Below are positions 54,601 to 64,000 of a stretch of DNA of 64,000 bases, piece by piece. Source of the DNA: Tetramitus jugosus (Eukaryota > Protista > Heterolobosea); assembly GCA_937625935.1 (NCBI GenBank), contig OW569376.1:1-64000 (forward strand). Reading direction: 5' to 3'. Numbering within the stretch: position 1 is the stretch's first letter; every line of letters starts with the position of its first letter. The position numbers and the translations under genes were made by a program. The notes beneath the pieces are model-generated. The model saw only the letters and a program-made list of their open reading frames with translations. It did no database searches and had not been told where the DNA came from.

Positions 54601-57600
54601 AAGCAGCAAACTTAGAGAGTTATTGTAAGGAGTTGTATGAAGCCGTGTCTAAATTTCAGACAACAGTTTCAAATCTTATTATGACTAACACCAAGATCCA
54701 AATGTATTTGGATGAGTTGAAAACATGCAAAACGAACAGAAAGGCTTTATTCCAAGGAATAGATAATATTCAAAAATTGGTTGATGATATTGCGTTAGAA
54801 GAGGCATACTCAAACAGCAAGTATTGGGTCAGAGATTTGAATAGATATGTCGAATCGATTCTATTGACTCGACTTCAGGATATTTTGGCAACATGGATTG
54901 CTGAGTACTCAAATCTGTCTTCAGAATCTCGAGATGATGGTAGATCTTATCTATTCACTGATATTGCGGCCTCTCCATTTGTTGTTGAGATAAAGGTGAT
55001 TAATCGTCTGATGAGAGAGATTCCAGCAATTCAAAAGGCAAGAGCTTTTTGGATCTCCAGACTTAGCATTTGCTTATCATGGATTATTGATCTACCAAAG
55101 ATTCGAGGCGATAACTTTGAGAATGCGTTTGCTTCCATGAATAGATCAAATGCTTTCAAAGAATTACACACCTTCCGCTACCTATTAACAATGATTTCAC
55201 AGGATTTACTTCAAAAGTCATTTTCCGTCATTGAATCAAGCATACAAGAGGCTCAAATATATATTCAACAATGGCTTCAATATCAAGCATTGTGGGACAT
55301 AGATATGAGTATGGTTGTGAATCAGCTCGGGAGTGATCTCGCTCAATGGATGAGGTTGCTTGATGATGTAAGTCAAGCCCAATCCTTTATGAAAACAACT
55401 GATAAACACAAAGATATGGGATCAATTATCGTAAATTTTGGTGAGGTTTATGACCAAGTATCTATGAAATACGGCGATACTCTTAAAGAATTGTTGATTA
55501 AATTTAGGAGCGAACTCGAAGCAAGCATGAAGATGATGTATTCGAAGATATCTGAAAAGAGAAATCAAATCGAGAGTATGACATTGAAGGACAATGATTC
55601 CATTGTTCGTTTCCTGAAAGCCTCCCAGGAAGTAAAACGAAATTTCAAAATTTTGGAAGAATACGTAGTTATTTTCAAAAAGGGTGAGCAACAATTACTA
55701 CGGAATAGTATGAAACTTCCTCCAGGGTGGAAATTTGCGGGCAATATAGAGAGCGAATGGATAGCCTTAAATGAGATTGTGAAAAGAAAGGATGAAGCGA
55801 TTAAATCATCAAAAGAACATATAGTGCGTGATATTTTGTCCAAGGATGCTGAATTAGATCAAAGAATTGCCGCGTACATTGAGAAACACAAGAAAGAAAA
55901 ACCTCTAAATGGAAATCTTCTCCCTTCAGATGCGTTGAGAGCAGTGGATGCCCTCGAATCACGATTAAAAACTTTGCAAATAGAACTCAACAATATATGT
56001 GAGGCTAGAGAAGCGCTAGACTTGGAACCAGGTGACGCCCAAAAACTCGACATATTTGCTGATGAGATTAATAATTTGAAATCAGTATGGCAGTCCTTAC
56101 ACAGTGTTTGGGATGAATTACAAGAAGTAGGAGAAACGGCATTCAATAGTATAATGTGGAGAAAGGTTCGACGCCAACTCGAAAATATGTTGGATACCAT
56201 TAGAAAATTGAGTCCTTGGATGCTTTCATATGATGCTGTGGATCATTTGCAATCAACGATAAAACTTCATATTCAAGAGCTAAATATAGTGAAAGAATTG
56301 AGAGAAGAATCAATGAAAGATCGACATTGGCAAGAATTGAGGAAGGTGCTGAACCAGAAGTGGATACTATCAGAATTAACTCTCGCTCATATTTGGGAAG
56401 CGAAAGTACTGAACAACGAAGCAGCAATAAGAGAGGTGTTGCGCAAGGCTCAGGGAGAAGTGAGCTTGGAGAACTTCATCAAGAGAGTTAAAGAAACATG
56501 GACGATCTATCAGTTTGAACTGATCAACTACAATAACAAATGTATTCTCATTAAGGGTTGGGATGATTTATTTAAGCAGCTATCAGATGACTTGGAAGGT
56601 TTGTCTGCGATGAAATCATCGCAGTTCTTTAAAACCTTTGAGGATGAAACTAATTCTCTGGACAAAAAACTGAACAAAATTAGGATTACATGTGATATTT
56701 GGATTGATGTACAGCGAGTATGGATATATCTTGAGGGTATCTTCTCGGGAAATGCAGATATTAGATACCAATTACCAAGGGAAACTCAGAAATTCCAGAC
56801 CATTAATTCTGACTTTAAGCAATTAATGAGGAAAGTACAGGCCAATCCAATTGTGTTAGATGTTTTAACTATCCCACAAGTCGGAGATAGATTGGAAAAG
56901 CTCAATCAGTCCTTAATCAAAGTGCAAAAATCATTAGGCGAGTACTTGGAAAAACAACGAGCAGCATTTCCGAGATTTTACTTTATTGGCGATGAAGATT
57001 TACTTGAGATTCTTGGCAACAGTGGAGATGCAATTAAAGTGCAAAAACACTTGAAAAAAATGTTTGCCGGCATATCATCCCTTCAACTTGAGAATTCCAA
57101 CATTGTTACAGGAATTTCTTCGAAGGAAGGAGAGATCATACCGTTTAAAACCCCTGTTACCATATGTGAGAACCAGTCAGTGCATGAGTGGTTGAACAAC
57201 CTTGAAATAGAATTGAAAGACACTCTCTCCCATTTAACCGGTCAAGCGATTCAAGAATTATCAGTGCTGTATGAGAAAGATATTGTGAATGATGAATTTA
57301 CTTGTTGGATGGCAAAATATCCTGCGCAGGTAGTTGTTCTGAGCAGTCAAGTCGTATGGACTTCAAACACAGAAAAAACCATCTCTAAAACGACTCTTCC
57401 AACCACGGTAGCCAAGGTGAAGAACATACTAGAGATTCTGGCAAATCATGTTCTCAACATTGCGGATGGATTATCAAGGAAGAAGTATGAACATTTAATT
57501 ACTGAGTATGTCTATCAGAGAGATGTTCTCATTGCGCTTCAAAATGAAAGCATCTCATCGATCAAAGATTTTAGTTGGTTGTACCATATGCGATATTACT

Positions 57601-60600
57601 GGGATGAAACCAAGCCTACAATGGAACGTCTGACTGTTGCCATTGCCAATGCTCTGTTTGTGTACGGCTTTGAATACCAAGGTGTAATCGAAAAATTGGT
57701 TCAAACACCATTAACTAGTCGATGCTATCTTGCTCTCACTCAAGCACTGAACTCTCGGCTTGGAGGTAGTCCCTTCGGACCGGCAGGTACAGGCAAAACA
57801 GAGACAGTCAAAGCACTGGGAGTTCAACTGGGCAGATATGTCCTTGTATTTAATTGTGATGAGAGTTTCGACTACAAAGCCATGGAAAGAATCCTTGTCG
57901 GTCTATGTCAATGTGGCGCTTGGGGCTGTTTTGATGAATTTAACAGATTAGAAGAGAACATTTTGTCAGCAGTTTCTCAACACATTCAAAAAATTCAGAT
58001 TGCTCTGCGGGATCGAAAGCCTAATATTGAACTCCTTGATCGAACACTGGCAGTCAAGGAAGATACAGGAATTTTTATTACAATGAATCCTGGATATGCA
58101 GGTCGATCTAACTTACCAGACAATTTAAAACAATTATTCAGAGATATTGCAATGGTTAAACCTGACAAAGAACTGATTGCTCAAGTGATACTATACTCAC
58201 AAGGTTTTACTCAAGCACAGGAGTTGGCGAAAAAGATTGTTCTATTCTTTGGGTTGTGTGTAGACGAATTGTCAGCCCAAACTCACTATGATTTTGGACT
58301 CAGGGGACTAAAGAGCGTTTTAGTAAACGCAGGATACTTGAAGAGACAATTGATAGAATCAAAGGTTACCAAGCTTGAAGCGAGTATCGTAATCCAGAGC
58401 ATCGAAGAATCAATGATACCTAAACTTGTTGGAGATGATGTCTCTTTGCTTAAAGATCTCATAAAGGATCTATTTCCTGGGTGTGATTCTTCCTCACCAC
58501 CTCTCGTCGAGTTACGCTCACACATTCAAGATCTATGTAAGGAAAATCATTTTGTGTATGATGACGCATGGGTGGAAAAGATGATTCAATTGTACAAAAT
58601 TCAAAACTTGCAACATGGAATCATGTTGGTAGGCCCACCCGCTTGTGGAAAAACTTCTTGTTTTAAGATTCTTTTGCAAGCGATGGAAAGGTTAGATCAG
58701 GTGAAAGGTAACGCTTACTTTATCGATCCAAAAGCACTTACAAAAGAAGAACTCTATGGCTCATTGGATCCCACAACACGTGAATGGACGGATGGAGTAT
58801 TCACGTTTGTGCTAAGAAAAATTATCGACAATTTAAGAGGAGAAAGCTCTCAACGTCACTGGATCGTCTTTGATGGTGATGTTGATCCAGAGTGGGTCGA
58901 AAATTTGAACAGCGTGTTGGATGACAACAAATTATTTACGCTTCCAAACGGAGAACGTCTGGCTCTGCCACCCAACGTTAAAATAATGTTCGAAGTTCAA
59001 AATCTAAAATACGCAACACTAGCAACTGTGAGTCGATGTGGAATGATATGGTTCAGCCATGATATCGTGTCGTTGCAAATGATAGTACATAATTTTGTTC
59101 AACGGTTGAAAAATATTTCACTCGAAGAAGACGAACGATCGCTTAAAATCAATACTGAAACCCCACTACTTCGCCTCCAAAGAAACGTTGCCAATACCAT
59201 CGAACCTTACTTTGAGCAGCAAGGGTTCGTCCTTCAATGTCTTGGACGAGCGCAATTGTTACCACACATCATGACCTTTAGCGTGGTGCGTGCTCTCTCC
59301 ACACTTTTTTCGTTAGTGAATAGGACAATATTGAGAATCCACGAATACAACCTGTTAAACACAGATATTCCTCTCGAAGTATCATCAGTGCAAAATTATG
59401 CTTCGAAGAGACTTATCTATTCTGTAATTTGGGGTTTTGGAAGCTCAATGAATATGGTAGATAGAACAAGCTTTGCTCAATTTGTTTGTTCTGTATCTCC
59501 AATAGCCTTACCAGAAGACGAAGGCAATCTTCTCGATTATGAGGTATCAATAGACGATGGTCGATGGGTGTCATGGTCTGATAAGGTGCCAGAAATTGCG
59601 ATTGAAACGCACAGAGTTGTTTCAGCTGATTCTATGATACCAACAATGGACACTGTGAGACATGAAGATCTACTAGGATCCTGGGTATCAGATTGTAGAT
59701 CTGTCATTCTCTGTGGCCCACCCGGATCTGGAAAGGTTTGTTTTATTTCAACTGTTTTTTCTCTGCTCTCTAAGTATCCTCTAACTCTTATTGATTGAAA
59801 GACCATGATTTTAACAGCAGTATTACGCTCCCTATCGAGTTACGATGCCTGTTTCCTAAACTTCTCGAGCGCAACACAACCTGAACTCGTCTTGAAAACA
59901 TTTGATCAATATTGCACTGTGTCCAACACTCCTGATGGTTTAGTTTTGCAACCAAGTCAACCTGATCGCTGGTTGGTCGTATTTTGTGATGAAATCAACT
60001 TACCTGCAAATGATAAATATGGTACACAACGAATCATCACCTTTATGAGACAAATGATAGAACAAGGTGGATATTGGAGAGCATCAGATTTACAATGGAT
60101 AAAGCTGAGACGAATTATGTTTGTTGGTGCTTGCAATCCTCCGACCGATGCAGGAAGAGTGCCAATGACAGAAAGATTTTTGCGCCACTGTCCAATCTTA
60201 TTTGTCGATTTCCCCTCACCTTCTTCTCTCAGGCAGATCTATGGAACTTTCAACAAAGCTCTCTTAAAATTAGTACCAAGCTTAGTGAGTTATACCGAAG
60301 CCACAACACGTACCATGGTGGACTTTTTCATGGCGTCACAACAACATTTCACACCAGATAATCAACCTCATTATATTTACTCTCCAAGAGAATTGAGTAG
60401 ATGGATTCGTGCAATGTATGAAGCGATGCATACATTGGATTTGATGGACTTGGATGTTTTTGTTCGATTATTAGTACATGAGGGCATAAGAATTTTCGCA
60501 GATAGATTGGTGCTTACCTTGGAGAAAAAGTGGACAGATGACACAATAGATCAAATAGTCATTCAACATTTTGCGAATATTGATTTAAGTTGTGTATCGC

Positions 60601-63600
60601 GACCTATTTTATTCAGTAATTGGATGAATAAGGATTACATTAGCGTTGGAGCAGAGGAGCTAAGAGGTCATCTTGCAGAGAGATTAAGAACATTTTCAGA
60701 AGAAGAATTAGAAGTGAAACTTGTTCTATTTGATTCTGTCCTGGAACACATTCTCCGAATCGACCGTGTATTAAAACAACCACTCGGTCATCTTCTGCTA
60801 GTGGGAGTCAGTGGCTCTGGTAAAAAAGTTCTCTCTCGCTTTGCTGCATGGATGAATGGTTATTCTGTATTCCAAATCAAAGCCCACCGAAAATACACCC
60901 TGAAGGATTTTGAAGATGACTTGAGAAAGATAATGCGCAGAGCTGGTGTGAAGGGGGAAAAGTTGGTGTTTATTTTTGATGAATCCAATGTGTTAACACC
61001 GAGTTTTTTGGAATACATGAACGCACTTTTAGCAAGTGGAGAAGTTCCAGGCCTCTTTGAAGGTGAAGAGTATATGAATCTGCAGAATCAATGTCGTGAT
61101 GCCACGAATATATTAGGCTTAGTTGGGATTGATGATGATGAACTCTACCCATGGTTCATTAAACAAGTCCAGAAAAATTTGCACATTGTCTTTACAATTA
61201 ATCCAGCCAACACAGACTTTAAGAACCGGTCAGCTACTTCCCCAGCTCTTTTCAATCGTTGTGTGATTGACTGGTTTGGGGACTGGTCTCAGGAAGCCTT
61301 GTATCAAGTCGGAGAAGCTTTCACAAGAGATATTCATCTAGGCGCACAAGAAATGACTGAGAATCATCAAAATTTTGTGAATTGTATTGTCAGAAACCAT
61401 AACATTGTGGTAGATGCCAGCACTAAACTCGAGAAAGCTACTGGACGAAAGAATTTTATCACACCCAGACATTATCTTGACTACATTAATCAATTTAGAA
61501 ACCTATTCTTCGAGAAGAGACAAGAAGTGCAAGATCAACAACTTCACATGAATATTGGTCTAAAGAACTTGACCGAAACAGAACAAGAAGTCAGTCGTTT
61601 GCAAATCGAATTGAGAGAGAAAGAAGTCGTACTTACCGAGAAGAAGAAACAAGCAAAGGAGAAACTAGACGAGATGGTCGAAAATCAAAAAGATGCCGAA
61701 AACACAAAGAAAATAGCTGAAGTTCTGTCGAAGCAACTGGATGAGGAAACAGCAGTAATTGAGAAGAAAAAACAGGACAGCGAAGCTGAATTGTCCGAGG
61801 TTATACCGAAGTTAGAGAGAGCGAAATCCCAAATCAGAGATGTTCCTAGAAACACTTGGACAACATTGAGAAACTACATCACTCCTCCAAAGCCTGTTCA
61901 AAAAACGTTAGAACTGGTGATTTTCATTTTATTCCAAAAAGATTGCAAAGATAATTGGAGTGAGGTCAAAACATATGTCAGCAAATCAGATTTCATCCAG
62001 AAGATTCTAACATTCAAACCTGAAGATATCACAAGTAAGATGAGAACGAAACTTGTGCAAAAGCTAGATGAACTCGATCCTCAGACCGTCAATAACGCTT
62101 CTCAAGTTTGCTTCACCATGTTTGAATGGATGAAGGCAATGATCGAATTCTCTCACATACAACAAGCAGCCGAGCCACTTCGTATTGAAGTTGACTCTCT
62201 TCGTACTAGATGCGATAAAATGAAACAAGAACATACTGATCTTATGACTAAGATTGATGAGATGGAAAACAAAATTAAAGTGTATGAGGAAGAATACAAA
62301 GCACTCTATCAAGAGACAAATTCAATCGAGATTCAAATTCTATCGGTCAAATCAAAAGTTGAGAGATCAACCTCACTTATCAAGAGCCTCTCGTCCGAGA
62401 CAGTCAGATGGAAAGAACAGAGTGGAAGTTTTGAGCAACAAATTCAAACACTAGTGGGAGATGTTTTACTCTCAGCTACTAGCCTCACCTATTCAGGCTA
62501 TTTTGACGAGTATTACAGAAATTATCTTCACCAACAATGGATATCTTCTCTCCAAAGTCATGCTATTCCGTTCAAAGAAAATCTCTCAGAGGTTGAATAT
62601 CTGTCTACTCCTGACGAAAGACTTTTGTGGGAATCAAACAAGCTTCCGAATGATAACATCTCTGTCCAAAATGCTATTATTCTTAACCGATTTAATCGCT
62701 ATCCGCTCGTCATTGATCCAACAGGCCAAGCTACCGAGTTCATTTTAAATCAACACGCTAGAGCTAATATATGTAAAACTAGCTTCTCTGATGCCTCCTT
62801 TTTGAAGGTTCTGGAGAGCTCCATTCGTTTTGGAACACCCATTCTCATTCAAGATGCAGAAACCTTTGATCCTATTGTGAATCCCATCCTGAATCGTGAA
62901 GTTCGCAAGGTAGGAGGTCGATCACTAGTCACCCTTGGTAATCAAGACATAGATTTATCGCCTACATTCACAATGATTTTAGTGACTCGAGATCCTACTC
63001 ACCAATTCGGTCCAGATGTATCGAGTAAAGTAACCTTTGTTAACTTTACGGTTACACCATCCAGCTTGTACAGTCAATGCTTGAATATCATTCTACAATC
63101 TGAGAAGCCAGATATTGACAAACAACGATCAGAACAACTGAAACTTCAGGGTGAATACAAAGTTACCTTGCGTAACTTGGAACAGAAACTTCTAGACTCT
63201 TTAAGTGAGGCGAAGGGCAACATTTTAGAGAATGAAACCCTCATCAAAACACTCGAAAATTTGAAGAATAGCTCCCTGGAAATTTCAGAAAAAGTAAGGG
63301 AGTCTGATATTGTGATGGCCAATATGTCAACTGTTAGTGAACAGTACAACCCTCTAGCCTCATTTTGCAGCAATATTTACTTTACTATGGCTCAAATGAG
63401 TGATTTACATTTCCTCTATCATTTCTCTCTCGATCTCTTCTTCAATATTTTGAACTACATTTTGAAGGAAGCAAGATCAGAAGTTGAAACAAACTCAAGA
63501 GTAGATGTGCTCATTGAAAACTTATTCTTAGTCACATATAAATGGGTATCAAGAAGTTTGATGCATGAAGATAAGTTACCATTTGCATTGCGATTGGCTG

Positions 63601-64000
63601 ATATAAGGCACAGTACCACGCAAAACTCAGTTACCCGTACCGAAAAGGAATTCCTCTTCAAGAAAGGTCATATAACGCTTCACCATCAGAATAATGAAGC
63701 AAAGGGCATCCATCTATCTGAGACACAAGAACAACTTGTACAGCTTCTTAACTTGACAGAAACATACAAGGACATCCGCAACAGCTTATGCACCCATGAG
63801 GAAGAATGGAAGTATTATATGTTAGATGAAACAAATCAAATTGAATGTCCTGTCTTCTGGACAAAGACACAAAATAACGCACGTGAAGTGTTTAGACAGT
63901 TAATGATGGTTAAAGCTTTCAAACCAGAATTTCTCTTGACTGAGATACCGAAATTTGTTTCAGCTGTATTGGGAGACAAGTTTTTGAAGGTACCAGAACA
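51688..64000 (+). CDS. Cytoplasmic dynein-1-type heavy chain, divergent, 3' end outside the window
   Basis: Introns 51977-52047, 53332-53397, 59736-59801 join in frame; EMFRVFSKFNPLF, SGAIIWARQI, WLQYQALWD; P-loops GPAGTGKT, GPPACGKT, GPPGSGK|T, GVSGSGKK; stalk and AAA5 follow. Confidence 0.95.

Noticed and set aside
31928-64000. Many 60-150 aa antisense or overlapping ORFs within the long genes
   Set aside because: Shadow frames of biased coding sequence with no motifs; the + strand ORFs after 60 kb are off-frame fragments inside the dynein exon.

Overview
Left end of a chromosome from a gene-dense, intron-poor microbial eukaryote using the standard genetic code. The (CCCAAA)n telomere, short GT-AG introns of 66-101 nt, a hybrid histidine kinase, cytoplasmic dynein-1 and flagellar genes are consistent with a heterolobosean-like amoeboflagellate (inference, not proven). 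Order: 684-bp perfect telomere; ~3 kb subtelomere with degraded ORFs and a hairpin cluster next to an internal telomere-like tract; a ~2 kb PIF/Harbinger/ISL2EU-type element with diverged inverted repeats, an intact DDE transposase and an unusual zinc-finger partner ORF; three glycosyltransferases around an SPFH gene; a giant Ser/Thr kinase-AAA-GAF-HisKA-REC hybrid kinase; then tightly packed genes (PAC2, MAPK, GATA factor, bacterial-type methyltransferase, isopentenyl phosphate kinase, GPI8, SHIPPO-repeat protein, small secreted Cys-repeat protein, adhesin-like membrane protein, CCDC171-like, GalE, ZMYND10, Eco1, F-box/LRR, tRNA-Asn, NBR1/p62-like). Next are two tandem nucleotidyltransferase genes, one a three-exon fusion of PBZ-like zinc fingers, a CCA/poly(A)-polymerase-type head and a multi-pass membrane domain. 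An APD-like membrane protein and a divergent cytoplasmic dynein heavy chain with a foreign domain in its tail follow; the dynein runs off the window. Best candidates for something undescribed: the tandem nucleotidyltransferase locus, the zinc-finger/transposase pair and the dynein insertion. All family calls come from motif recognition by eye; no searches were run.
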